Below, piece by piece: positions 40,582 through 51,815 of a DNA stretch of 64,000 nt. The notes under the pieces were generated by a model. It saw only the letters and a program-made list of their open reading frames with translations. It did not search any database and was not told the origin of the DNA. The position numbers were made by a program, and so were the translations under genes. The DNA comes from an uncultured Verrucomicrobiae bacterium (GTDB taxonomy: Bacteria > Verrucomicrobiota > Verrucomicrobiia > Chthoniobacterales > UBA10450): NCBI GenBank assembly GCA_963834385.1, contig CAWIBO010000002.1, positions 64,001 to 128,000 on the forward strand, read 5' to 3'. The first letter of the stretch is position 1. Each line of letters opens with the position of its first letter.

Positions 40582-42102
40582 ATGCACTGGTGCCTCGCCT
40601 TTCTCTTCCTTGGCGTGCTCACGATGAGCGCGCGGAGCGAACCGCAGCGCGTTGTCCTGCTGCACACGAACGACATTCACGGGCATGTCACCGCGTGGCA
40701 TGGATGGGAGGGTGATCTGGCGGGCAAATCGGTCGGCGGGTTCGACCGGCTCGCGGCCGCGGTTGCCAAGGAACGCGCGGAAGCCGGTGCCGACGGCGTG
40801 CTCCTGCTCGACGCCGGCGACGCGATTGGGGACACCATGCTGGCCGATCTGACGCAGGGCACGGCGGTACTCGATGGGATGGCGGCGCTGCGTTACGACG
40901 CGATGGCGCTCGGCAACCACGAACCCGACTTTGGGGTGACGAAGCTGCGGCACTACATCGAGGAGGGGAAAGTGCCGTTGCTGGCGGCGAATGTGCGCCG
41001 GAACGGCGAAAGCCTCGCGCCGCCTTTCCGCGTCACGGAGGCCGGCGGGGTGAAAGTGGGCTTGCTCGCGCTCGCTTATCCCAACACCCCGCTGACGACT
41101 GCCTCGAAAAACGTGGAAGGCCTCGCCTGGGAAGAGGATTCGGCCGCAGTCGTCCGGCGGTTTCTGCCGACGATGCGGGCCCAGCACGCCCAGCTCATCG
41201 TCGTGCTGTCTCACCTCGGTCTCGGGGCCGACCAGAAACTTGCTGAAGCCGTCCCGGAGATTGACGTCATCGTTGGTGGCCATAGTCACAACCGGATGAA
41301 GCGCGCTCTCGTCGTCGGCTCGACTCTGATCGTGCAAGCCGGCGCGCACCTTTCCGATCTCGGCGTACTCGAGCTCGAAGTGGAGCAGGGCAAGGTCACG
41401 GCGCACAAGCGTCGGCTGATCCCGCTGACCGGTGCAGCCGACCCGGCGATGACGCGCCGGATCGAGGACATCAGAAAACCATTTGTCGCGCAGCTCGAGG
41501 AAACCCTGGGCGAAGCGACCGGGCCCATCGTGCGGGCACAAACACTGGCCGGTGATGAGGCGCGTAAACGCCACCAGCAGTCGCCAGCCGACTCGCTTTT
41601 TGCCGATATCGTTCGCGAACAAACCGGGAGCGAGATCGCGCTTCTACCCGGAGTCGGATATGGCGTGGCCCTGTCGGCCGGACCGATCACAGCCGAGGCG
41701 CTGCGGAATCTTCTGCCTCATGACGGCAGGATCGTGACCATGACCCTGACGGGGGCGCAGGTGCGCGAAATTCTCCAGCAGGCGGTCGAAAATACCTACA
41801 GCGAGGACCCGGGGCGGAAAGTGGGCGGGATGATCCAGGTGAGCGGTCTTACGTTTTCCCACGACAGCCGGCGGGTCCTGGAAGCGTCGCTGTCCTCCTC
41901 CCAAGTTTATCGCGTGGCCACCAATTCGATGCTCGCTGAAGGCGGCCATCGCTACGCAACTTTCCTTTCCGGAAAGAATGTGCAGAAGCACGGGTCCCAG
42001 TTTGAAATGATCGCCGCCTGGGTAAAAAAACAAAAAAAAGTGAACGCGCCCGGCGATACGCGCATCTCACTTGAATCCGGCCCAACCAAGGCCGCTGAAT
42101 AA
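40582..42102 (+). CDS. exported 5'-nucleotidase/metallophosphoesterase family protein
   Basis: LHTNDIHG, DAGDA, GNHEPD, LSHLG, GGHSH, C-terminal QVSGL and YRVATN; signal peptide. Confidence 0.88.
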   Translation: MHWCLAFLFLGVLTMSARSEPQRVVLLHTNDIHGHVTAWHGWEGDLAGKSVGGFDRLAAAVAKERAEAGADGVLLLDAGDAIGDTMLADLTQGTAVLDGMAALRYDAMALGNHEPDFGVTKLRHYIEEGKVPLLAANVRRNGESLAPPFRVTEAGGVKVGLLALAYPNTPLTTASKNVEGLAWEEDSAAVVRRFLPTMRAQHAQLIVVLSHLGLGADQKLAEAVPEIDVIVGGHSHNRMKRALVVGSTLIVQAGAHLSDLGVLELEVEQGKVTAHKRRLIPLTGAADPAMTRRIEDIRKPFVAQLEETLGEATGPIVRAQTLAGDEARKRHQQSPADSLFADIVREQTGSEIALLPGVGYGVALSAGPITAEALRNLLPHDGRIVTMTLTGAQVREILQQAVENTYSEDPGRKVGGMIQVSGLTFSHDSRRVLEASLSSSQVYRVATNSMLAEGGHRYATFLSGKNVQKHGSQFEMIAAWVKKQKKVNAPGDTRISLESGPTKAAE

Positions 42103-42103
42103 T

Positions 42104-42676
42104 ATGAAAACAAAAAACGCAGGTCTTCTTCTTCTCGTTCTTGTGCTGGGCTTTATCACCTGGCGCTCCTCCAGTTCGGCCGGTGGCGGAAGTTGCCTGG
42201 CCAGCCTTTTCTCCCCTTCCTCAGGAGTGCAGACGGTGGCCAATAACGGAAGCGGGAACGCCCCTGCCTGGGAGTTGAAGGATTTGGAGGGCAAAACCGT
42301 CCGGTCGTCGGACCTTCAGGGGAAAGTGGTGCTGCTGAATTTCTGGGCCACCTGGTGCCCGCCCTGCCGCGAGGAAATCCCCGACCTGGTGGCCCTGCAA
42401 AACCAGTACAAGGAGCAGGGGCTCGTGATTGTCGGCATCTCGCTCGACCAGACGGGGCCGGAAACCGTGAAACGCTTCGCGGACCGGATGAAAATCAATT
42501 ACCCGGTGGTGATGGGAAACCAGGAGGTGGCCGCGGCCTATGGCGGCATCCAGGCCATCCCGACCACCGTCTTCATCAACCGTGACGGGAAGATTGCGGG
42601 GAAATATGAGGGCGGGGTGACGAAGGAAATGCTCGAACCGCCACTCAAACCGCTGTTGCAAAAAACCAACCTGTAG
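42104..42676 (+). CDS. TlpA/ResA-like thiol-disulfide oxidoreductase
   Basis: LLNFWATWCPPCREEIP, IPTTVFI. Confidence 0.93.
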   Translation: MKTKNAGLLLLVLVLGFITWRSSSSAGGGSCLASLFSPSSGVQTVANNGSGNAPAWELKDLEGKTVRSSDLQGKVVLLNFWATWCPPCREEIPDLVALQNQYKEQGLVIVGISLDQTGPETVKRFADRMKINYPVVMGNQEVAAAYGGIQAIPTTVFINRDGKIAGKYEGGVTKEMLEPPLKPLLQKTNL

Positions 42677-42680
42677 ACCC

Positions 42681-43112
42681 ATGACCAGACTTCTCTTCCT
42701 CATCATGACGACTCTCCTCGCTGCTCACCTGTCTGCGGCGGATCCCGGCGCAGCTTCGCCCGCAAAGCATCGCGTTGCCTTTGAGGTGACCATGGAAGGT
42801 GAGGACCAGTGGAACGGCGTCCTCAACAATGTGAAGAATGTTCGCGAAGCGCTCGGGGAACAAACGGAGGTCGTGGTTATTGCGCACAGCCACGGGCTGG
42901 GGCTTCTCCTTGCGAAAGAGGGGCCGATCGCGGAGCGCGTGCAGGAGTTGGCCGGTCAAAAGGTCGTGTTCGCCGCCTGCGAAAACACCATGAAGAAACG
43001 GAACGTGACCCGGCAGGATCTGCACCCGGCCTCCACCACCGTCGATTCCGGGGTGGCGGAGGTGGTGCGGAAACAGGAAGCCGGCTGGAGTTATATTAAA
43101 TCCGGCACGTAG
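42681..43112 (+). CDS. exported DsrE-family protein
   Basis: Signal peptide, VVIAHSHGL, FAACENTM, SGVAEVVRKQEAGWSYIK. Confidence 0.85.
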   Translation: MTRLLFLIMTTLLAAHLSAADPGAASPAKHRVAFEVTMEGEDQWNGVLNNVKNVREALGEQTEVVVIAHSHGLGLLLAKEGPIAERVQELAGQKVVFAACENTMKKRNVTRQDLHPASTTVDSGVAEVVRKQEAGWSYIKSGT

Positions 43113-43138
43113 GGGCGCTGCGAATTCCTGGTAGGGCC

Positions 43139-43588
43139 ATGAGTGTCTCGCTCCCTCCCACCCAGACTCGCGTCGAGAAGAACAGTCCAGAGGACGCAAA
43201 CCGTAAGGTGGCACAGGCGACCCTGGAATCGGTGCGCCGCTACGAAAATCGCCCCGGGCCGGAGATCGCCCGGCGGCTGGAGGAACTCGATCGTGAGTGG
43301 GATATCGAGCGCGCCCTGGAAATGAATGCCGCGGCGCTGGCGCTGGTGGGAGCGGTCCTGGCCCTGGTCCTGCATTCGGCCTTTGCCCTCCTTAGCATCG
43401 TCGTGACCGCGTTTCTGCTGCAACACGCCCTCCAGGGGTGGTGCCCGCCCATCCCCATTTTCCGGCGGCGCGGTTTCCGGACGGCGCGCGAGATTTACCG
43501 GGAGAAAACGGCTTTGCGAATCTTGCGCGGCGATTTCAAGCCCGCCCCGGGGGCGGAGGAGGCGCTGGCGCAGGTGGGAGACAACTAG
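43139..43588 (+). CDS. DUF2892/YgaP-like membrane protein
   Basis: EWDIERAL, FLLQHALQGWCPP. Confidence 0.75.
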   Translation: MSVSLPPTQTRVEKNSPEDANRKVAQATLESVRRYENRPGPEIARRLEELDREWDIERALEMNAAALALVGAVLALVLHSAFALLSIVVTAFLLQHALQGWCPPIPIFRRRGFRTAREIYREKTALRILRGDFKPAPGAEEALAQVGDN

Positions 43589-43746
43589 GCGCGGGCCGGA
43601 GGCAAGCGCCCACCGTCATTTCATGGTGATGCCGGCTTTGCCCACTGTGCCATCGTGGTGGGCTATCGCGGCTGGGTCCGCCGTCGCATCTGGCCGAATA
43701 GAGAAAGCGGGTTCCGGTCCCCGGTCGAAGGATGTATGGTGCCGAG

Positions 43747-44610
43747 ATGCTGATTGAGACGCACGCCCACCTTGATTATCCGGATTTCGCGGCCGACTTC
43801 GACGACGTTTTACGGAGGGCCGGAGAGGCCGGGGTCACCCGGATCATCACCATCGGCACGTCGCTTGAGAGCAGTGCGCGCGCGATCGAGCTGGCCGAGC
43901 GGCACTCCCAGGTTTACGCCGTCATCGGTGTGCACCCGACTTCCGCCGAGGAAGCACCCGATGACGTGATGACGCCGCTGCGCGAGCTGGCCCGGCATCC
44001 AAAAGTGGTCGCGCTCGGGGAGACCGGGCTCGATTACCACCGGCTCCCGAGCGTGGAAGCCGGCAAGGAGAAAACCTTGCAGGTGGTCTCCAAGGTTTTG
44101 CAGAGCACCACGGATGACGAACTGGAGGCGCGCATTCACGATGGCGCCTACAAATCGGCCCAGGCCGCGCTCTTCCAGGAGCAGCTCGACCTCGCCCTGG
44201 AACTCGGCCTGAACGTCGTCATCCATCAACGCGACGCGTGGGAGGACACGCTCGAGCTGCTCCGGCCGTATGAAGGGAAATTGCGCGGCGTTTTTCACTG
44301 CTTCGGCGGCCCGCTTGAGCACGCGGAGGAAGTGATCGCGGCCGGTCATTTGGTTTCGTTTACCGGGATCGTCACCTTCAAGAACGGGGCGGCGGTGCGC
44401 GATGTGGCGGCGCGGGTGCCGCTCGACCAGTTTATGGTCGAGACGGATTGCCCTTACCTTGCTCCGGTGCCGCATCGGGGAAAGCGCTGCGAGCCGGCTT
44501 ATACCCGGCTGGTCGCGGAATCGATCGCGTCGGCACGCGGGATTGGGTTGCAGGAACTGGCGAATGCGACAACTTCAACAGCAGAGAAGTTTTTCCGGTT
44601 CAATCGATGA
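43747..44610 (+). CDS. tatD: TatD family hydrolase
   Basis: ETHAHL, GVHP, GETGLDY, IHQR, GVFHCF, ETDCPYLAP. Confidence 0.95.
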   Translation: MLIETHAHLDYPDFAADFDDVLRRAGEAGVTRIITIGTSLESSARAIELAERHSQVYAVIGVHPTSAEEAPDDVMTPLRELARHPKVVALGETGLDYHRLPSVEAGKEKTLQVVSKVLQSTTDDELEARIHDGAYKSAQAALFQEQLDLALELGLNVVIHQRDAWEDTLELLRPYEGKLRGVFHCFGGPLEHAEEVIAAGHLVSFTGIVTFKNGAAVRDVAARVPLDQFMVETDCPYLAPVPHRGKRCEPAYTRLVAESIASARGIGLQELANATTSTAEKFFRFNR

Positions 44611-45210
44611 AGCGTCTTTTTCCTCCCTGCCCTGGCGGCCGTTTTCCTTTCCTCCTGCGCAGTGAAAGACACCCGGCACACGATCCATATCAGCGTGCCG
44701 GAGCAGCGGCTGGCCCTGCTTGATGAAGGGCGCCTGGTTGCGACCTACCCGGTCTCGACCTCAAAGTTCGGCCTGGGCGATATCCCGGGCAGTAATTTCA
44801 CCCCGCTCGGGACGATGGAAGTGGCCGACAAGGTCGGGGGCGGGGCCCCGCTCGGCGCCGTCTTCAAGGACCGTCGTCGCACCGGTGAGACCATCCCGGT
44901 CGACGCCCCGGGCCGCGACCCGATCGTCACCCGCATTCTCTGGCTGCGCGGGCTGGAGTCGCGCAACGCGCGCGCCTATGGCCGCACCATTTATATCCAC
45001 GGCACGCCGGAAGAGCGGAATATCGGGCGTCCCTCCAGCTACGGGTGCATTCGCATGCGCTCCCGGGACGTTGTCCAGCTTTACGACATCGTGGGCGAAG
45101 GCGCCCGCGTGACCATCGCCGAGGCGCCGCTCCAGGCGATGCTCCCGCCTCCTTCCCCGTCGCCGGAACTGGCGCCGGGCCAGGTCGCCGAGGCGCCCGC
45201 CAACCGCTGA
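44607..45210 (+). CDS. L,D-transpeptidase lipoprotein (apparent frameshift in the signal peptide at 44617-44621)
   Basis: YPVSTS, IYIHGT...SYGCIRM; removing one T from the T5 run gives MKRLFLPALAAVFLSSC-AVKDTR with a lipobox. Confidence 0.85.
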
Positions 45211-45211
45211 T

Positions 45212-45718
45212 CTACTTTCGCGCGAGCGCGAATTTTTCGGCCGGGCCGCCCCGGTAGGAAATGGTCTCCACCCGCGTCATCCCGCATTTTTCCAGGACCC
45301 GGCGCGAGGCGACATTGTCGGGTCGAACGATGCCAATGAGTCGCTCGAGGGCGAGCTCCTTGAAAGAGTAGGCGATGACGGCCTGTGCCGCCTCGGTGGC
45401 AAACCCGTGCCCCCAGCAGGAGCGGAGAAAACGGAACCCAATCTCCGTTTCGCCCACTTCCGGCAGGAACTTCGGGCCGGCGAACCCGATGTGCCGCTCT
45501 GTTTCCCGGAGCAGACAGGCCCAGCGGCCGTAACCGTAGGTGCGGTAATCTGCGATCGGATGCTCCCGCAGCACCGTTCGCGCCTCTTCCGGCGACGTAA
45601 GCGGGATATCGCCGGTGTGGCGGATCACCTCGGGATCGCTGTTCAATCGGAAGAAGTCTTCCGCGTCGGTCTCGGCATACTCGCGCAGAAGCAACCGGCC
45701 GGTCTCGAGAATCATCAT
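45212..45718 (-). CDS. GNAT N-acetyltransferase (RimJ/RimL-like)
   Basis: ETGRLLLRE, EIGFRF...WGHGFATEAA, NVASRRVLEKCGM. Confidence 0.9.
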   Translation of the reverse strand: MMILETGRLLLREYAETDAEDFFRLNSDPEVIRHTGDIPLTSPEEARTVLREHPIADYRTYGYGRWACLLRETERHIGFAGPKFLPEVGETEIGFRFLRSCWGHGFATEAAQAVIAYSFKELALERLIGIVRPDNVASRRVLEKCGMTRVETISYRGGPAEKFALARK

Positions 45719-45747
45719 CTGGCGCCCCTCTTCCCGGGCCGGGGCGG

Positions 45748-46763
<1,016 letters not shown>

Positions 46764-46808
46764 GAAGGCGGTTCGCTTTAATCCATCGGGTCGCTGTCGG
46801 CAATAGCT

Positions 46809-47546
46809 TTAGGCGGCGGTGGCATCCTCCAGCACAGCACGCTGCGCGCCGATCAGCTGGCGAATTGCCTCGCGGCCCATCCCCAGCATCCGGGTCAGCT
46901 CATCTTGTGAGAAAGTGGCCTCCTCACCCGAGCCCTGCATCTCGACGAATTCGCCGGCCTCGGTCGCCACCAGGTTGAAATCGACCGTGACCGCCTTGTC
47001 CTCCTCGTAATCGAGATCAACGATCGGGGCGCCGGCCAGGATGCCGGCGCTGACGGCGGCGATGAGCTGGCGCACGGGAGAGGTTTTCAGTTTGCCGTTG
47101 GTCACCAGTCGCTGGCAGGCCATGGCCACGGCCAGGCTGGCCCCGGTGATGGCGGCGGTGCGCGTGCCTCCGTCGGCCTGCAGGACATCGCAATCAACGA
47201 AGAGCGTGCGTGCGCCCAGTTTCTCGAGGTCGACCACCGCGCGCAGGGAACGCCCGATCAAACGCTGAATCTCCGAGCTGCGCCCGTCGAGGCGGCCCTT
47301 GGAGATGTCGCGCGGTTTCCGGGTCAGCGTCGAGTAGGGGAGCATGGAATACTCCGCCGTCAGCCAGCCCCCGGTGACATTTTGTTCCTTCATCCAGCGC
47401 GGGACGACCTCGTCGATCATGACCGCGCAGATCACGCGGGTGTCGCCCATGGCGACCAGCACGGAGCCGCTCGCATGCGGCGCGATGCCGGTCTCGAAGC
47501 GGACCGGGCGAATCTGTTCAGGGGCACGTCCGTCGGGGCGGGGCAT
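46809..47546 (-). CDS. rph: ribonuclease PH
   Basis: GWLTAEYSMLP, EIQRLIGRSLR, DCDVLQADGGTRTAAITG. Confidence 0.97.
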   Translation of the reverse strand: MPRPDGRAPEQIRPVRFETGIAPHASGSVLVAMGDTRVICAVMIDEVVPRWMKEQNVTGGWLTAEYSMLPYSTLTRKPRDISKGRLDGRSSEIQRLIGRSLRAVVDLEKLGARTLFVDCDVLQADGGTRTAAITGASLAVAMACQRLVTNGKLKTSPVRQLIAAVSAGILAGAPIVDLDYEEDKAVTVDFNLVATEAGEFVEMQGSGEEATFSQDELTRMLGMGREAIRQLIGAQRAVLEDATAA

Positions 47547-47632
47547 GGCGGGAGTCTAGAGAGCGCGCCACCGCTGCCAACTGAAACGTTGTGGTCAGAG
47601 GATGCAGTTGTCGCCCCGCGGGCTTTTTGGGG

Positions 47633-47710
47633 CAGGATTAACAGGATTTTGCAGGATTTTTACGAGGGAATCCCGAGGACCTGCCTTTCAATCCTGTAAA
47701 TCCTGTCTTC
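47633..47710. repeat. CAGGATT-unit inverted repeat
   Basis: CAGGATTAACAGGATTTTGCAGGATT ... AATCCTGTAAATCCTGTCTTC; the same arm recurs at 60123 and 60318. Confidence 0.8.
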
Positions 47711-47714
47711 CTCC

Positions 47715-47742
47715 AACAGAAAGGGCGCGCAAAAGCGCGCCC
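47715..47742 (-). terminator. putative intrinsic terminator of rpsA
   Basis: Minus strand GGGCGCGC-TTTT-GCGCGCCC followed by TTTCTGTT, just after the rpsA stop. Confidence 0.65.
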
Positions 47743-47775
47743 CTCCGGGTAAAACAATCTGCGGGTGGAGAAGAA

Positions 47776-49458
47776 TTACTTCTTCTTGGCTTCGCCGGGG
47801 CGGTAATCCTCCTCGGCGGCGGCAAACGCCTTCTCCAGGCCGACCATGTCTTCGCCGGGGCGAAGGTTGTCGAAGGCCTCGGATTCGCGGCGCAGTTCTT
47901 CCTCGGAATAATTGGCGGCCTTGATCGAGAGACCGATGCGGCGCTCGAGCTTGTCCACCTTGATCACGCGGGCTTCCACTTCCTGCCCAACCTTGAGGAC
48001 GTCCTTGACCTTCGCGACGTGCTCCTCGCTCAGCTGGGAGATGTGGACCAGGCCATCAATGTCGTCCTGCAATTGCACAAAGGCGCCGAAGCTGGCGAGC
48101 TTGGTCACCTTGCCCTGCACGAGATCGCCGATCTTGTACTTCTGGTCGATGTTCTTCCAGGGATCCTCGGCAAGCTGTTTGATTCCGAGGCTGATGCGCT
48201 GGTTGGTCTTGTCGATGTCGATGACTTCCGCCTCGACCTCGTCGTTCTTCTTAAAGACCTCGCTCGGATGGTTGATCTTGCGGGTCCAGCTCAGGTCGGA
48301 GACGTGGATCATGCCGTCAATGCCGTCCTCCAGCTCCACGAAGGCGCCATAGGCGGTCATGTTGCGGATGGTGCCCTTGACCCGGCTGCCAATGGTGAAC
48401 TTCTTCTCGATCTCGTCCCACGGGTTCTGCTCGAGCTGGCGCAGGCCCAGGGAGATTTTCTGTTCCTCCTTGTTGACGCCGAGGACGACCGCTTCGACCT
48501 CCTGGCCCTGGGTCAGGATGTCGGCCGGGCGCATGATGCGCTTGGTCCAGGAAAGCTCGGAAACATGGATGAGACCTTCCACGCCCTCCTCCAGCTCCAC
48601 GAAGGCGCCGTAGGGAACGAGGTTGGTGATCTTGCCTTTGACCTTCTGGCCGGCCGGGAAACGCTCCTCGATCTGGTCCCAGGGATTTTTCTGGGTCTGT
48701 TTCAGGCCAAGGGAGACGCGCTCCTTTTCCTTGTTGATATCGAGCACGAGGACGTCGAGCTGCTGGCCAACCTTGAGCAATTCGCTCGGGTGACCGAGCC
48801 GGCCCCAGGTCATGTCGGTGATATGGAGCAAACCGTCCATGCCGCCGAGGTCGATGAAAGCGCCGAAATCGGTCAGGTTCTTGACGGTGCCGTTGACGCT
48901 GTCGCCCACGTTCACGCCCTCGAGGAACTTCTGGCGTTTCTCGCTCCGCTCCTGCTCGATCAGCTCGCGCCGGCTGAGGACGACGTTCTTGCGGTCGTCG
49001 TTGATCTTAACAATCTTGAAATCGTAGGTGTTGCCGACGAACTGCTGAAGATCCTTCGGCGGGACGATGTCGATCTGGGAGGCCGGAAGAAAGGCTTCCA
49101 CGCCGATGTTCACCATGAGGCCGCCTTTGACGACCGATTTGACCTTGCCCTTGATCAGGCCGTCGCCGGCGAAAACCGCGGCGATCTTGTTCCAGTTCTG
49201 GCGGTAAGCGGCCTTCTCCTTGGAGAGGACCACCATGCCTTCGTCGTTTTCGAGGCGCTCGAGGAGCACTTCCACTTCGTCGCCCACTTCCATTGATTCG
49301 ACGTCGTCGAACTCGGAGGCGGGAATGACGCCTTCCGATTTGTATCCGATGTCCACCAGCACCTCGCGGGGACGTATTTCCAGGATATGGCCTTTTACGA
49401 TACTGCCCTCTTTGAAGTCCTTCATGGACTTCTCGAGTAGATCCTGCATTTGCAACAT
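47776..49458 (-). CDS. rpsA: 30S ribosomal protein S1
   Basis: Repeated S1 domains (FGAFIDLGG, YGAFVEL, GLIHVSEL); AAAGGAGA RBS before ATG 49458. Confidence 0.97.
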   Translation of the reverse strand: MLQMQDLLEKSMKDFKEGSIVKGHILEIRPREVLVDIGYKSEGVIPASEFDDVESMEVGDEVEVLLERLENDEGMVVLSKEKAAYRQNWNKIAAVFAGDGLIKGKVKSVVKGGLMVNIGVEAFLPASQIDIVPPKDLQQFVGNTYDFKIVKINDDRKNVVLSRRELIEQERSEKRQKFLEGVNVGDSVNGTVKNLTDFGAFIDLGGMDGLLHITDMTWGRLGHPSELLKVGQQLDVLVLDINKEKERVSLGLKQTQKNPWDQIEERFPAGQKVKGKITNLVPYGAFVELEEGVEGLIHVSELSWTKRIMRPADILTQGQEVEAVVLGVNKEEQKISLGLRQLEQNPWDEIEKKFTIGSRVKGTIRNMTAYGAFVELEDGIDGMIHVSDLSWTRKINHPSEVFKKNDEVEAEVIDIDKTNQRISLGIKQLAEDPWKNIDQKYKIGDLVQGKVTKLASFGAFVQLQDDIDGLVHISQLSEEHVAKVKDVLKVGQEVEARVIKVDKLERRIGLSIKAANYSEEELRRESEAFDNLRPGEDMVGLEKAFAAAEEDYRPGEAKKK

Positions 49459-49541
49459 ATTGGTAGTGTTCTCCTTTGGCGTAGCGCCGACTAATGCCAG
49501 GCAGGGTTGTGTGCCCGGCGACCCTTGGAAAAGGGGAGGCA

Positions 49542-49570
49542 ATAGTAGGCGTGTTCCCGGGGGAGGTCAA
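49542..49570 (-). promoter_or_regulatory. sigma70 promoter of rpsA
   Basis: Minus strand TTGACC-N17-TACTAT. Confidence 0.7.
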
Positions 49571-49608
49571 CTGGGTGCCCAAGGGGGGTGGGAGGGGTCA
49601 CTGGAGGC

Positions 49609-49773
49609 GTCATCCCGAGCCGCGCAGGCGGCGAGGGACCCCACGATGAAAGGACGGGCTCCGGCCCCTGGTCGGGCGGGGCACAAAGGCGAGAGCGGGG
49701 TGCTGGTCCAGGAGGTTTTGGGGGTGGAACGCCGCACGTTCTTCGCGAGGTCCCTCGCTGCGCTCGGGATGAC
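49609..49773. repeat. 165-bp CGTC-REP inverted pair (REPIN/MITE-like)
   Basis: Termini GTCATCCCGAGC and GCTCGGGATGAC, with internal motifs shared with the units at 4194, 53031 and 53677. Confidence 0.9.
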
Positions 49774-49802
49774 AGCGCCCGTCGGCGGCTCTATCTTCGA
49801 GC

Positions 49803-50306
49803 ATGCGTGGTTTCTTCTGCCTGTTCCTGGTCGCTCTTCTTTCCGTCTCCCAGGCGGGGGCGGCTTCCCCGGCCGAGGAAAAGGTGCTCGAGGCGATCAG
49901 GAAGCCAGAGCTTAGCGTGGTCCATCTGTGGGCGCCGTGGTGCGGGAACTGCAAGGCCGAGCTGAAGAGCGGGGGTTGGACCAGGATCGTGGGGGAGAAC
50001 CCCGGGGTGCAGTTCTATTTCGTCTCCATCTGGAACGAGGGGGGAGATGGTCGCGATCTCCTCGCGAAACATGAGCTGGCCGGCAGGCCGAACGTCACCA
50101 TCCTGGCCGACCCGGGCCCGCGCGGGAGCGGCAAAATCACCCGGTTCGCCGGGCTGCCCGTAAGCTGGATTCCCACCACGTGGATTTTCAAGGGGGGCGA
50201 CCTCCGTTACGCCCTGAATTACGGCGAGGTGCGCTTCCCGATTTTGCAACAGTTTATCGAGGATAGCGGCGACGCCTGGGAGCACGCACCGGAGCCCGCA
50301 AATTGA
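49803..50306 (+). CDS. exported thioredoxin-fold protein
   Basis: Signal peptide, HLWAPWCGNC, WIPTTWIF. Confidence 0.85.
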   Translation: MRGFFCLFLVALLSVSQAGAASPAEEKVLEAIRKPELSVVHLWAPWCGNCKAELKSGGWTRIVGENPGVQFYFVSIWNEGGDGRDLLAKHELAGRPNVTILADPGPRGSGKITRFAGLPVSWIPTTWIFKGGDLRYALNYGEVRFPILQQFIEDSGDAWEHAPEPAN

Positions 50307-50346
50307 GTCGATTTGTGCAGAGGATAAGGTTAGAGAGACCCATTCG

Positions 50347-51786
<1,440 letters not shown>

Positions 51787-51815
51787 AGGCCGGCGCGCGC
51801 GCAACCAGTTCATCC

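Noticed and set aside
40582..42102. Assignment as bona fide soxB
   Set aside because: The motifs are nucleotidase-type (GNHE) and no soxXAYZ genes are present.
49459..49542. N-terminal extension of RpsA from the TTG at 49542
   Set aside because: That codon overlaps the -10 element, and a strong RBS precedes the ATG at 49458.
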